Source: Halobacteriales archaeon
Lineage (GTDB): Archaea; Halobacteriota; Halobacteria; Halobacteriales; SKSH01
DNA: 64,000 nt
Assembly: GCA_007118145.1 (NCBI GenBank)
Contig: SKSD01000010.1
Coordinates: forward strand, 69,896-133,895
Direction of reading: 5' to 3'
Shown piece by piece: positions 9,439 through 19,575 of the stretch. The translations under genes and the position numbers were made by a program. The notes under the pieces are model-generated. The model was given only the letters and a program-made list of their open reading frames with translations, had not been told where the DNA came from and did not search any database. Positions within the stretch are counted from its first letter, which is position 1, and each line of letters starts with the position of its first letter.

Positions 9439-10146
9439 GTGTGTAGCTTGTTATTGGCTTGGCAACTGCTCTCTGATACACCGGTCGCACTCGCGGCCAA
9501 CCGCGATGAGCGATATGACCGACCGGCGAACGGTCCACGATTACTCTCTGCCGACCCGAGGGTACTCGCCCCGATCGATCATACCGCAGGGGGAACCTGG
9601 ATCGGCGTGAACGAACATGGCCTCGTCGTTGCCCTTGCCAACCGACGCGATGGGCCCGAGGGTGAGCGTTCTCGTGGACAGCTCGTCCGTGATCTCCTCG
9701 GGACCGATACGAGCGACGAGGCACGTACGTTCCTCGCCTCGTTACTCGCTGAGCACCAGTACGCAGGTTTTCATCTCCTGCTTGTCGACCCGTTCGACGC
9801 ATTTTACGCGACCTGGGACGGCACGCTCGATGGCATCGAGTTACACCCAGGTGTGCACGTGCTCGATAACGAGGGTCTTGATGAGGATGCATCTATCTCA
9901 CGCGATGTCCGCGGGCGCCTCGAACCCTCGGTCGGAGAGAGCGCTGATGAGTGGCTTAAGCGGGCCACGGCGATGCTCGCTGATCACGACCTCGGCCTGT
10001 GCAGGCATGGAGATGATTTCGGTACCGTATCAGCCACCCGGATCGCCGTCCACGACAAGAGCGACGCGTTCATCTCGTTCGATTATGCGGGTGGACCCCC
10101 ATGTACGACCGCATTCGAGGATGTGACACCGGAAGGCCACATTTAA
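9439..10146 (+). CDS. NRDE/TANGO2 family protein
   Basis: N-terminal (M)CSL...AANRDE, then GGTWIG and SRG motifs. Start re-called at GTG 9439. Confidence 0.88.
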   Translation: MCSLLLAWQLLSDTPVALAANRDERYDRPANGPRLLSADPRVLAPIDHTAGGTWIGVNEHGLVVALANRRDGPEGERSRGQLVRDLLGTDTSDEARTFLASLLAEHQYAGFHLLLVDPFDAFYATWDGTLDGIELHPGVHVLDNEGLDEDASISRDVRGRLEPSVGESADEWLKRATAMLADHDLGLCRHGDDFGTVSATRIAVHDKSDAFISFDYAGGPPCTTAFEDVTPEGHI

Positions 10147-10220
10147 GCCACACCATCACGTCGATTCGCCCGAGACTGAAGACACGTCTGGCATCGACGC
10201 CACATACCTCGAATCCACCC

Positions 10221-10580
10221 ATGTCAACCACCGCCTCAGCACGTGAAGATGACCTCTCTGAGGAAGAGCTCGCCGGGCTCGAACTCATCCGCGAAACCAA
10301 GGGTATCCACCAGAGTGACTTTTGGAAGGAACTTGATATCTCATCACGCCAGGGGAGTCGTGTTGTCGACACCCTGCTGGAAGAGGAGTTGATCGAGCGA
10401 TTTGAGACCGTCTACAAGGGAAATCGGACGTATTTCCTGCGCCCGATCTCGAGAGATCTGGATTTCTCCCTGTTGATGGCTGGTGATATGCTCTCACCAC
10501 TCATCGGTGAGGAATCGGTCGATGAGACAAGCGATCGGTTCTCGCAGTGGGTGATGCAACTCGCGTTTGAAAACAGGTAG
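10221..10580 (+). CDS. Conserved haloarchaeal winged-helix (MarR-like) protein
   Basis: GIHQSDFWKELDISSRQGSRVV HTH-like segment. Confidence 0.75.
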   Translation: MSTTASAREDDLSEEELAGLELIRETKGIHQSDFWKELDISSRQGSRVVDTLLEEELIERFETVYKGNRTYFLRPISRDLDFSLLMAGDMLSPLIGEESVDETSDRFSQWVMQLAFENR

Positions 10581-10632
10581 ACCGTCACACTGGTGACTGT
10601 GTTGGTGAATGCGAATCAGCAGACGATACCGT

Positions 10633-11898
10633 TCAGAAGGTACTCGCAACTCGGATGAGTTGGTCCTCGGAAAACGCCGGAGCGATCAGTTGAATCCCGA
10701 CCGGTAACCCTCGGGGTGACTCTGTCGGGACACTTATCGCAGGTAGGTTCGCCAGATTGACCGGGACGGTATTGCGGTCGGCTTTGTACAGCCTCATCGG
10801 GTCGTCGATCGTCTCTCCGAGTGGAAATGGTTCGGTCGGCATCGTTGGACTCGCCAGCAGATCGACCTCATCGAAGAGCGCGTCGAAGCTGGCAATCAGC
10901 CATCTGCGGGCGTCTTGTGCCTGCTTGTAGTACCGCTCTTGATAGCCAGCTGAGAGGGCGAAGGTGCCGAGCAGGATGCGGCGCTTGACCTCCTCACCGA
11001 ATCCCACCGACCGGCGGTCAGCGAAGACGCTGTTCCAGTCACCTGTCTCATCGCCTGCGTGGCCGTATCTGACACCATCGTACCGGGCGAGATTCGATGA
11101 AGCCTCACACATCGCGATCACGTAGTATGCCTGGACGGCCACCTCGAGGGCTGGTAACGATACCTCGGTGACGGTCGCCCCGACCGCCTCGAGGTGTGTC
11201 ATGGCCTCGTCGAATGCCGTTGCCACCGGTTCGTCGACCCCCTCGAGCAGTTCAGTGGGGATACCGATCGTCGGGCTGTCGAGCTCACCAGTCACAGTCG
11301 ACGAATCCGAAACAGCCTCCGGTGGATCGACCGTGGTGGCGTCACGAGTATCTCGGCCACAAATCACCTCAAAGAGTGTGGCCAGCCCCTCGATATCTGC
11401 CGCCATGGGTCCGATCTGTTCGAGGCTGTTCGCGTAGGCGACGAGGCCGTACCTCGAGACACGTCCGTACGTTGGTTTCAACCCATAGACACCACAATAG
11501 GCCGCGGGACACCGTATCGAGCCACCGGTATCGCTCCCGAGGGCGATACGAACATCTCCCGAAGCGACCGCGGCCGCACTCCCGCCTGAAGAGCCCCCCG
11601 GTACCCGACCAGGTGCGTTCGGGTTCTCCGTCGGGCCAAACGCGGAGGTCTCCGTCGTCGTGCCCATACCGAATTCGTCCATGTTCGTCTTGCCGGTAAC
11701 CGTCCCACCCGCCTCTTTGATACGTTCAATGACGGTCGCATCGTATGGTGGGACGTACCCTTCAAGCATCGCCGAACCACAGGTCGTCTCGATTCCAGCC
11801 GTCGAGATATTGTCCTTCACTGCCACGGAAATGCCATCGAGCTTGCCAGATCCGGTGGGTGCTGCCTGCTGTCTCGAGATGAAGGCATTGTGCGTCAT
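10633..11898 (-). CDS. gatA: Asp-tRNA(Asn)/Glu-tRNA(Gln) amidotransferase subunit A
   Basis: Amidase signature: VKDN, GGSSGGSAAAV, GSDTGGSIR; also SSNLARYDG. Confidence 0.95.
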   Translation of the reverse strand: MTHNAFISRQQAAPTGSGKLDGISVAVKDNISTAGIETTCGSAMLEGYVPPYDATVIERIKEAGGTVTGKTNMDEFGMGTTTETSAFGPTENPNAPGRVPGGSSGGSAAAVASGDVRIALGSDTGGSIRCPAAYCGVYGLKPTYGRVSRYGLVAYANSLEQIGPMAADIEGLATLFEVICGRDTRDATTVDPPEAVSDSSTVTGELDSPTIGIPTELLEGVDEPVATAFDEAMTHLEAVGATVTEVSLPALEVAVQAYYVIAMCEASSNLARYDGVRYGHAGDETGDWNSVFADRRSVGFGEEVKRRILLGTFALSAGYQERYYKQAQDARRWLIASFDALFDEVDLLASPTMPTEPFPLGETIDDPMRLYKADRNTVPVNLANLPAISVPTESPRGLPVGIQLIAPAFSEDQLIRVASTF

Positions 11899-12173
11899 CC
11901 GACAGGTGGCCCCCTGAAGTACCCATCTTCGGCATCGGACGCGTTCGAGAGCGCCTCATCCTGTGTCAGACTTGCCTCGACCGTATCCGAACGGAGGACG
12001 TTCTCCACGTCGACCGCTTCGTCCACGTCCGGCACGGTATCGAGCATCTCGAACCAGGAGAGTATCTCCGCGAACTGGTCTGCGAACCTTGCAAGCTCGT
12101 CCTCATCGAGTTCGATATGTGCCAGACTCGCCATGTGGCGGACATCATCCTCCTCAACCGAAGGGTCGCTCAT
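11895..12173 (-). CDS. gatC: Amidotransferase subunit C
   Basis: VRHMASLAHI...NVLRSD...GYFRGPPV; overlaps the gatA start. Confidence 0.92.
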   Translation of the reverse strand: MSDPSVEEDDVRHMASLAHIELDEDELARFADQFAEILSWFEMLDTVPDVDEAVDVENVLRSDTVEASLTQDEALSNASDAEDGYFRGPPVG

Positions 12174-12317
12174 ATACGATGCCAACAGAGGAACCTGCCT
12201 GAGCGTTTCGATACCATTGTTGAACCGGACCGGCGAAGCGTTTAAGTCGTTTTGATTACAACAGAAAAACGGTACGTCGCCCTGTGGCGGCGAGCCGCTG
12301 CCAGGTCCCCCACATCC

Positions 12318-13289
12318 ATGACGAATCCCACGCCAAACGAAGGCGAGCGAACCCGCGTTCGCGAGCAGACCACCGAATCAGCGTCAGTTGTCAATGAATG
12401 TCCCGAGTGTGGCGGTAACATCGTGACAGATGAGGTGCGCGGAGAGACGGTATGTGACGAGTGCGGTCTCGTTGTCCGAGAGGAAACCGTCGACCCCGGT
12501 CCCGAATGGCGTGCCTTCGATGCATCCGAGCGAGGCCAAAAGAGTCGCGTCGGTGCACCGCGGACGAAGTTGATGCACGACGAAGGCATGTCGACGAATA
12601 TCAGCTGGCAGGACAAGGACGCCTATGGACGAGCGCTCAGTCCACGCCAGCGCCAGAAGATGCAGCGACTTCGCACATGGAACGAGCGATTTCGTACCCG
12701 AGACTCGAGAGACCGTAACCTCAAGCAGGCGCTCGGCGAGATCGACCGGATGGCCAGTGCACTCGGACTGCCACGAAACGTACGTGAGACTGCAAGTGTC
12801 ATCTATCGACGCGCACTGGAGGAAGATCTCCTACCGGGTCGGTCCATCGAGGGTGTCGCCACATCGGTCCTTTATGCCGCCGCCCGGCTTGGCGGGACAC
12901 CTCGAAGTCTCGATGAGATGGCGGCGGTCAGTCGAGTTGAGAAGGATGAGATAGCCAGAACCTACCGGTACGTCGTCAGACAACTCAAACTCGAGATAGA
13001 GCCGGCCGATCCACAGAGCTTCCTCCCCAGGTTCTCTTCCGAGCTCGGTCTCTCAGAGGAGGCAGAACACAGAGCCCATCAGCTCCTGCAGACGGCGAAG
13101 GATCAGGAGATCCACAGCGGAAAGTCACCTGTCGGTCTCGCAGCTGCTGCGGTCTACGCAGCGTCGTTACTCACGAACGAGAAGGTGACACAAAGCGAGG
13201 TGAGCGATGTGGCCAATATCAGCGAGGTGACCATCCGGAACCGGTATCATGAGCTACTTGAGGCCGAGGGTAACATCGCCTCAGCCTGA
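12318..13289 (+). CDS. tfb: Transcription initiation factor IIB
   Basis: Zn ribbon CPECGG...CDECG, B-reader GPEWRAF, two cyclin repeats, EVTIRNRY. Confidence 0.96.
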   Translation: MTNPTPNEGERTRVREQTTESASVVNECPECGGNIVTDEVRGETVCDECGLVVREETVDPGPEWRAFDASERGQKSRVGAPRTKLMHDEGMSTNISWQDKDAYGRALSPRQRQKMQRLRTWNERFRTRDSRDRNLKQALGEIDRMASALGLPRNVRETASVIYRRALEEDLLPGRSIEGVATSVLYAAARLGGTPRSLDEMAAVSRVEKDEIARTYRYVVRQLKLEIEPADPQSFLPRFSSELGLSEEAEHRAHQLLQTAKDQEIHSGKSPVGLAAAAVYAASLLTNEKVTQSEVSDVANISEVTIRNRYHELLEAEGNIASA

Positions 13290-13411
13290 CATCCCCCCAC
13301 CCTGAAACACGTGTATCGGTCAGTTCACCTCAATATCACCGAGAACTCCTCTTCGAAGCGACCTCCCCTCCACAGCGCCAGATACGTTGTCACAATCGAC
13401 AGACACAACCA

Positions 13412-14587
13412 TCACAGCCCGAAGATGGGGACGAATCGGAAGGTGACGAACGATCCGATCGTCGCGACCAGTGGTACGAGGTTCTGCACAAAGATAACGC
13501 GACCTGTCGTCGCTGGATCGAACAGTTCAGAGGATCTCGGCAGATCTCTGGCATCCTCCACTCCAATCGCGGGTAACGCCTCACCCTCGGTATCCGCGGT
13601 GAGTGCACCGGTCGAGACACCCGGTTCCTCACCGTGTTTGACCGCATCGGCGAGTCTCGTGGTCCTGGTTGCACGCCCCCAGCCGAGGCCGACGATGCTC
13701 ATGGTCGCGACGATCACCAGTTGCACAGGGATACCAATGGCAGACAGGAGTGTCACGATCGTGGCTGATACCGTCATCACGACGATCGCTGCGGTCAACG
13801 GAAGTGCCGTGATATCGTTGGCCATCGTCTCGAGCGTCCGTCTGGCGATGGTGAATGCACCGATGGTGACCGCCACACCTGCTAGCACGACACCGGCACT
13901 CATCGAGATTTCCCCGCTGCCCACGAGTGGGGCGACGGCGTTCGCCACGTTCGAGGCACCCGAACTGAAGGCCATATAACAGCCGATCGCAAGCACGACG
14001 ACGGCACCACTTATCTCACGGCGATCAACGTCATCCTTGATCCCAAGGTGCGGTCGGATCCCCGAACGGTGGATATCCCAGACAGTCTGGTCACGGGGTG
14101 ATATCGCGATGGCGCGGTTGATCATCGGGTAGAAGTACCGACCGATGACGGCACTCACCCAGAACGCGACCACAGGCGCCACGATCCACCAGCCAACGAT
14201 CTCACCCATCGTCGACCAGTCGAGTGAGCCGCTGGCCATGCCCAGACCGGCTATCGATCCGACCGCCGTCATCGAGGTAGAAGCTGGAACGGAGAACAGA
14301 TTTCCGAGGTACAACGCGATCCCGATGAAGAACATCACACCGATACCGGTCTCGAGTGTGAGTACAGTCGATGGTACCAGTTCGTCACCGAGGGTACGTA
14401 CCACCGCCGGGCCGACTATCCACCCACCCAGGAAGAAGAACAACGACATCAACGCTGCAGCACCGACCTTGGTCACGACGTTCGCACCGACTGCTGGCCC
14501 GAACGACACACCGGTGGTCGCACCGCCGATATTGTAGCCGACGAAGATGGCAACAAGGATGCCAAAGACCAGCAGGATTTCGAGCAC
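13412..14587 (-). CDS. PiT family inorganic phosphate/anion permease
   Basis: Two PHO4-type repeats (GYNIGGATTG; SGASNVANAVAP) and many TM helices. Confidence 0.88.
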   Translation of the reverse strand: MLEILLVFGILVAIFVGYNIGGATTGVSFGPAVGANVVTKVGAAALMSLFFFLGGWIVGPAVVRTLGDELVPSTVLTLETGIGVMFFIGIALYLGNLFSVPASTSMTAVGSIAGLGMASGSLDWSTMGEIVGWWIVAPVVAFWVSAVIGRYFYPMINRAIAISPRDQTVWDIHRSGIRPHLGIKDDVDRREISGAVVVLAIGCYMAFSSGASNVANAVAPLVGSGEISMSAGVVLAGVAVTIGAFTIARRTLETMANDITALPLTAAIVVMTVSATIVTLLSAIGIPVQLVIVATMSIVGLGWGRATRTTRLADAVKHGEEPGVSTGALTADTEGEALPAIGVEDARDLPRSSELFDPATTGRVIFVQNLVPLVATIGSFVTFRFVPIFGL

Positions 14588-14664
14588 GCAAATTCACCTA
14601 TAACCGACCATGGTATAACTCTTACAACCCGGACACTCCATGCGTCACTACGGGTGGAGACTAC

Positions 14665-15345
14665 TCACCGCATGAGGCGTCGTTGTACCCGACGTTTGAC
14701 GCCCCCTCCGGCCTGTTTGAAACTGATCCGCCACGGTGTACGTTTACCTTCGATGGCCGTACGACCCGCTGCGATTGCCTCGATGATGGCTTCGACGGAG
14801 ACCTCATCCGTGTCGATGAGGGTGATCGCCTGGCCAACCATCTCCCCGATATGCGCATCGCTTCCGGCGGTCTTCGGTAAGCCGTGTGCGGTGGCGAATC
14901 GGTCTGCCTTCCTATTCGAGCGTCCCGTCAGTAGCCGAGAGTTATAGACTTCAATCGCATCAGCATGTTCGATGACGGTCGCTTTGCTTGCCTTGGTCAA
15001 CACACCCTGACGGGAGCTTTGAAACGGATGGGGTACCACCGCAATCCCACCCGCATCGTGAATCATGTCCACCGTCGTCGCGAAGTCGTGACCTCGTGGT
15101 ATCACCTCGCGCACCCCGAGCCCGATCACGTGACCATCAGCACTGGATACCTCGATGCCGGGTAACCCGACGAGCCCGTACTCAGGTGCCATCGACGCCG
15201 CATCAAGGCTCGCCTCTATTTGATCGTGGTCGGTGATGGCGATCACGTCGAGGCCGATCGCCTTCGCCTGCTCGAGGAGGAAATCGACCGGGTCTCGTCC
15301 ATCATGCGAAAGCGACGAGTGGGTGTGCAACTCGGCCGTAAGCAC
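14665..15345 (-). CDS. PHP domain metal-dependent phosphoesterase
   Basis: ELHTHS, ITDHD, HPF and GSDAH motifs. Start re-called at GTG 15345. Confidence 0.88.
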   Translation of the reverse strand: MLTAELHTHSSLSHDGRDPVDFLLEQAKAIGLDVIAITDHDQIEASLDAASMAPEYGLVGLPGIEVSSADGHVIGLGVREVIPRGHDFATTVDMIHDAGGIAVVPHPFQSSRQGVLTKASKATVIEHADAIEVYNSRLLTGRSNRKADRFATAHGLPKTAGSDAHIGEMVGQAITLIDTDEVSVEAIIEAIAAGRTAIEGKRTPWRISFKQAGGGVKRRVQRRLMR

Positions 15346-15436
15346 GATACGCTGTATGACAAGCTGACTGTTAAGCACGGCGATACGCCACCCACATGGA
15401 AAGCCATATTGCCAAACTTGAGGTACCATCCAATGA

Positions 15437-17572
15437 ATGGCGCTTGCCCCTGCTGATTTCGACCTCATCGTCGACAACCTCGGTCGTGAGCCGACACCGA
15501 CCGAGGCTGCGCTCTTTGAGAACCTCTGGAGCGAACACTGTGCGTATCGTTCGTCACGGCCAGTACTGACGGCATTCGAGACCGATGGTGAACAGGTCGT
15601 CGTCGGACCTGGAGATGATGCCGGCGTCGTTGCACTCGACGAGGAGACGTTGCTCGTCCTCGGGATCGAGAGCCATAATCACCCATCGTATGTCGATCCT
15701 TACGACGGTGCAGCGACCGGAGTCGGCGGTATCGTCCGAGACATCATGTCCATGGGAGCGTACCCGATCGCGCTCATCGACTCGCTCTATTTCGGCCCGT
15801 TCGACCGTGAACACAGTCGATATCTGTTCGAAGGGGTGGTCGACGGTATCGCAGATTACGGAAACGCAATCGGCGTCCCGACCGTCGGTGGGAGTGTCTC
15901 GTTTCACCCGGGATACCGTGGTAACCCTCTCGTCAACGTGGGGTGTGTCGGTATTACACATGTCGACCGACTACTCAGAGGGGTGGCACAGACCGTCGGT
16001 AACAAGTTGGTGATCGTGGGGAACGCCACCGGACGAGACGGACTGGGAGGGGCGAGCTTTGCCAGTGAGGATCTCGATGAGGATGCAGCGGTCGAGGATC
16101 GACCTGCGGTCCAGGTCGGCGACCCATACACGGAAAAGCTGCTGATCGAGGCGAATGAGGAGTTGCTCGACCGTGAACTCGTCCAGGCAGCCAGAGACCT
16201 GGGTGCGGCTGGCTTGGGTGGTGCAACAAGCGAGATGGTCGCCCAGGGTGGCCTCGGTGCTGAGATCAACCTCGATAGCCTCCATCAGCGCGAGCCGAAC
16301 ATGAATGCGACTGAGCTCTTGCTGGCTGAGTCGCAAGAGCGGATGGCCTATGAGGTGCGGCCCGATGATGTCGATGCAGTCCTCGCCATCGCAGAGCGAT
16401 ACGACCTCGGGGCTTCGGTCATCGGTGAGATCACAGAAGACCGGTATCAGTGCCGCTTTGACGGAGAGATCGTCGTCGATGTCCCTGCCACGTTCGTCGC
16501 CGATGGCGCACCTGTCGAGGAACGAACTGGTGCGACCGCCGGTGAACCAGTTCGCGAGCGACCTTCGATCGAATTCGATGCAGCGGTCGAACTCGTACTC
16601 ACCTCGCCGAATACCGTCAGCCGGCGATGGGTGTACCGACAGTACGATCACGAGGTAGGAGCCAGAACGGCCATCCGCCCGGGTGACGATGCAGCCGTAC
16701 TGGCTATCCGTGAATCAGACCGGGATCTGGCACTCGCCGCGGGTGCGGAACCCAACTGGACTGCGGTCAACCCACACCGCGGTGGTGCCGCTGTCGCGCT
16801 GGAGCAGGCAGCCAATCTCGCCGTCAAGGGTGCGACCCCGTTGGCTGGCGTCGATTGCCTGAACGGAGGTAACCCGGAGAAGGCCTCGGTGTTTGGTGGG
16901 TTCCGCGGTGTGACACAAGGCATGGCCTCGATGCTCGCTGCGTTGCAGGTACCCATCGTCGGTGGGAACGTGTCGTTGTACAATGACTCAGAGTATGGAC
17001 CGATCCCGCCGACACCGACACTGTTCATGCTCGGTGTCACCGCTGATGTCGAGGTTCCTCGCATGGCGTCAATCCCTGATGCGACGCTCATGCTCCTCGG
17101 CGAGCCGGTGCTCGACGGGCAACGTGCTAACCTCGGTGGTTCTGAGTTGTTCACCCGGCTCGATGCGACGGACCGCCTCCATGCACTACCTGAATCACCT
17201 GTATCGACCATCGATGCACTCATCGACGCAGCCACCCACGAGGCGACCCTCGCGACACACGACATCGCCCATGGCGGCCTCATCACGGCACTTGCTGAGA
17301 TGGTCACTGCCGACAGCGGGCTCAGTGTGGCGATCGAGGCGTCGGTCGATCCGCTCGAACTCGGGTTCCATGAGCAACCTGGTCGCGCCTTGGTCATGAC
17401 GGACGACCCCGAGGGTCTCGAGCAAGTCATCGATGGCCGACTTCCGACCGCCCATATCGGCCACGGAATCGACGAGGGCATGCTCACCGGGTCGATCGCT
17501 GGTGAGAGCATCGAGTTGGACGTAGACACCATCGCAAAGTGGCGTGCATTGTTCGACCGGACGCTCGATTGA
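15437..17572 (+). CDS. purL: Phosphoribosylformylglycinamidine synthase subunit PurL
   Basis: [24 protein letters not shown] and GGNVSLYN motifs. Confidence 0.96.
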   Translation: MALAPADFDLIVDNLGREPTPTEAALFENLWSEHCAYRSSRPVLTAFETDGEQVVVGPGDDAGVVALDEETLLVLGIESHNHPSYVDPYDGAATGVGGIVRDIMSMGAYPIALIDSLYFGPFDREHSRYLFEGVVDGIADYGNAIGVPTVGGSVSFHPGYRGNPLVNVGCVGITHVDRLLRGVAQTVGNKLVIVGNATGRDGLGGASFASEDLDEDAAVEDRPAVQVGDPYTEKLLIEANEELLDRELVQAARDLGAAGLGGATSEMVAQGGLGAEINLDSLHQREPNMNATELLLAESQERMAYEVRPDDVDAVLAIAERYDLGASVIGEITEDRYQCRFDGEIVVDVPATFVADGAPVEERTGATAGEPVRERPSIEFDAAVELVLTSPNTVSRRWVYRQYDHEVGARTAIRPGDDAAVLAIRESDRDLALAAGAEPNWTAVNPHRGGAAVALEQAANLAVKGATPLAGVDCLNGGNPEKASVFGGFRGVTQGMASMLAALQVPIVGGNVSLYNDSEYGPIPPTPTLFMLGVTADVEVPRMASIPDATLMLLGEPVLDGQRANLGGSELFTRLDATDRLHALPESPVSTIDALIDAATHEATLATHDIAHGGLITALAEMVTADSGLSVAIEASVDPLELGFHEQPGRALVMTDDPEGLEQVIDGRLPTAHIGHGIDEGMLTGSIAGESIELDVDTIAKWRALFDRTLD

Positions 17573-17584
17573 TACGATATCTGA

Positions 17585-17640
17585 GGACATCGGATCCCCC
17601 CCAAGGCAAAGCCGTGGGCTTCCTCCCTCCATCTTCGTGA
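17585..17640 (-). mobile_element. Degenerate IS200/IS605-family end hairpin (minimal PATE/REP-like remnant)
   Basis: CCCAAGGC-AAA-GCCGTGGG hairpin with GACATC and CTTCCTC flanks, matching the copies at 41438 and 51730. Confidence 0.55.
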
Positions 17641-17707
17641 GGCTCATCATGGTAATTTTTGCCGGTAATACGAGAGATTTGTAAACCCAGCTACTCTCAA
17701 GATATCT

Positions 17708-18358
17708 ATGAGCGTCCTCGTTATCCTGTCCTCCTCGAATCACGAATCCCCAGACTCGACACCTCGTCGGATTTTCGAAGAGCTGCCAGAGTTGACCATC
17801 GAGGTGGTTCATTTCGAGCAATCTGGAGAGCTGGCCATCTCGTACCTGTGGGTCCGTGACGTGGAGACGGCTGCAATCGAAGCAACGTTCGAGGGAGATT
17901 CGGCGATCGTATCGGCCGACCGGCTAGATGCCAACGAGGATGGCACCTTTTACAAGGTGCTCTGGGAGGTCGATAGCCCGTTCATCCACTGTGTCGTGAT
18001 GAACGGTGGCAAGGTAATGGAGGCGACCGGTAACACTGACGAATGGACACTTACCCTCTGGTTCGAGAGTGACACACAGGTATCGAACTTCCAACAGTGC
18101 TGCCATCGAGACGACATTCCGATCGAGATTCACCGCCTGACATCGGTGGCTGGGATGCTCTCCTCAGAGGGTGAGGTGGTGCTGAGTGAACAACAGCGTG
18201 AGGCGTTGATACTGGCGATGGAAAGCGGATACTTCGATGAGCCGAGGAACGCGACACAGAGCGATATCGGTGATGAACTGGGGATCTCCTCATCCGCTGT
18301 GGGGAGACTACTCAGGCGCGGTACCCGCAATCTGGTGCTAGCCCACCTCAGTTCGTGA
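17708..18358 (+). CDS. Bacterio-opsin activator-type (HTH_10) transcriptional regulator
   Basis: C-terminal LSEQQREAL..AMESGYFDEPR...LGIS...LLRRG. Confidence 0.88.
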   Translation: MSVLVILSSSNHESPDSTPRRIFEELPELTIEVVHFEQSGELAISYLWVRDVETAAIEATFEGDSAIVSADRLDANEDGTFYKVLWEVDSPFIHCVVMNGGKVMEATGNTDEWTLTLWFESDTQVSNFQQCCHRDDIPIEIHRLTSVAGMLSSEGEVVLSEQQREALILAMESGYFDEPRNATQSDIGDELGISSSAVGRLLRRGTRNLVLAHLSS

Positions 18359-18482
18359 TGTCCGGGCTGCCATGTGATCATGGAATCTGGAATCGAGTAT
18401 TCCTCAGTGGCAAGGGTACCCCCTTGAACACGTATAGCATTGAACGACCAATGGTATTGCGCCCGAGAAACTCCTTGATAGC

Positions 18483-18734
18483 ATGAGCTATATCGAGGAA
18501 TCGACACCGATACAAAGTACCGCTGACCTCACTCAGGCGGTTCTTGATGCTGTTGCCGAAGCTGAAGGTACCAACCCGAGAGAACTTGATCCGCCTCTTT
18601 ACGAAGCGATCAACCCAGAAGCACTGAACGAGCTCTTCGCGGGGAAAGCTGGAGACCGTGGCTGGGTCGGATTCGACTATCATGGCTATCACGTGGTCGT
18701 CTACCGGGACGGGAGAGTCGATATTGAGCGATAA
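18483..18734 (+). CDS. HalOD1 output domain protein
   Basis: AVAEAEGTNPRELDPPLYEAINPEALNELF...FDYHGYHVVV. Confidence 0.85.
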   Translation: MSYIEESTPIQSTADLTQAVLDAVAEAEGTNPRELDPPLYEAINPEALNELFAGKAGDRGWVGFDYHGYHVVVYRDGRVDIER

Positions 18735-18877
18735 TCCGTGGATTCTTCGATATATCGAGCTACAAGTGGGCTGGTTGCGCTCGACATCCTGATCGCACCG
18801 CATGATGGAAGTCGCCTCCGGCACATTATTTGCCAGGTTCGACACGCACTTGTTACCCCTCATTTTAACCTCTACCT

Positions 18878-19438
18878 ATGGTAGAAATGGAATCGAAACC
18901 ATACCTCAGGATGGGTGATCCGATCCCACCGTTTGAACTTGTCGGGACCGACGGTGAACGACACGCACTGTTGGATGTAGATACCGAACTTGCATTGGTC
19001 GTGTTCACGTGCAATCACTGCCCGTATGCCAAGGCAAAACATCAGTTGTTGAACCGTATCGCGGCTGAGTATGACGACGTCACCGTGATCGGTATCAACC
19101 CGAACGATGAGGAGGAGTACCCTGATGATAGCTTCGAACGGATGGTCGAGGAGGTCGAGCAAGGCGTGATCGCCTATGACCACTACCTACGAGATGCATC
19201 GCAGGATGTCGTCAGGGCATATCAGGGCGTATGCACGCCCGATCCGTTTCTGGCGCGCAAGGAGGATGGTCGCTTCATCCTCCACTATCAGGGAAGACTC
19301 GATGATGCACCCAATCCCGATGATGAGCCATCTGAGTTCTTCATCGAACAGGCCATCGATACACTGCTCGATGGGGGCTCTGTAGCGCTCGAGTGGGCCC
19401 CCTCGAGAGGCTGTTCGATTAAGTGGAAGGATAACTGA
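18878..19438 (+). CDS. Thioredoxin-fold / AhpC-TSA-like redoxin
   Basis: CNHCPY, YQGRLDD and GCSIKW motifs. Confidence 0.88.
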   Translation: MVEMESKPYLRMGDPIPPFELVGTDGERHALLDVDTELALVVFTCNHCPYAKAKHQLLNRIAAEYDDVTVIGINPNDEEEYPDDSFERMVEEVEQGVIAYDHYLRDASQDVVRAYQGVCTPDPFLARKEDGRFILHYQGRLDDAPNPDDEPSEFFIEQAIDTLLDGGSVALEWAPSRGCSIKWKDN

Positions 19439-19575
19439 CATCCACAACCCCAACAAAGGCCCGGTTTGAGCCGCTTTTCACCGGCGACTAATCGATACGT
19501 CGTAGACGACACGCGGGAGTGTGTCACAGAGTGTGAGATAGCGTTACGAAACCGTACGACCCGGTAGACCGGTGC

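Noticed and set aside
10633..17572. gatCA without gatB, and purL without purQ/purS
   Set aside because: Split arrangements of these genes are ordinary in haloarchaea.
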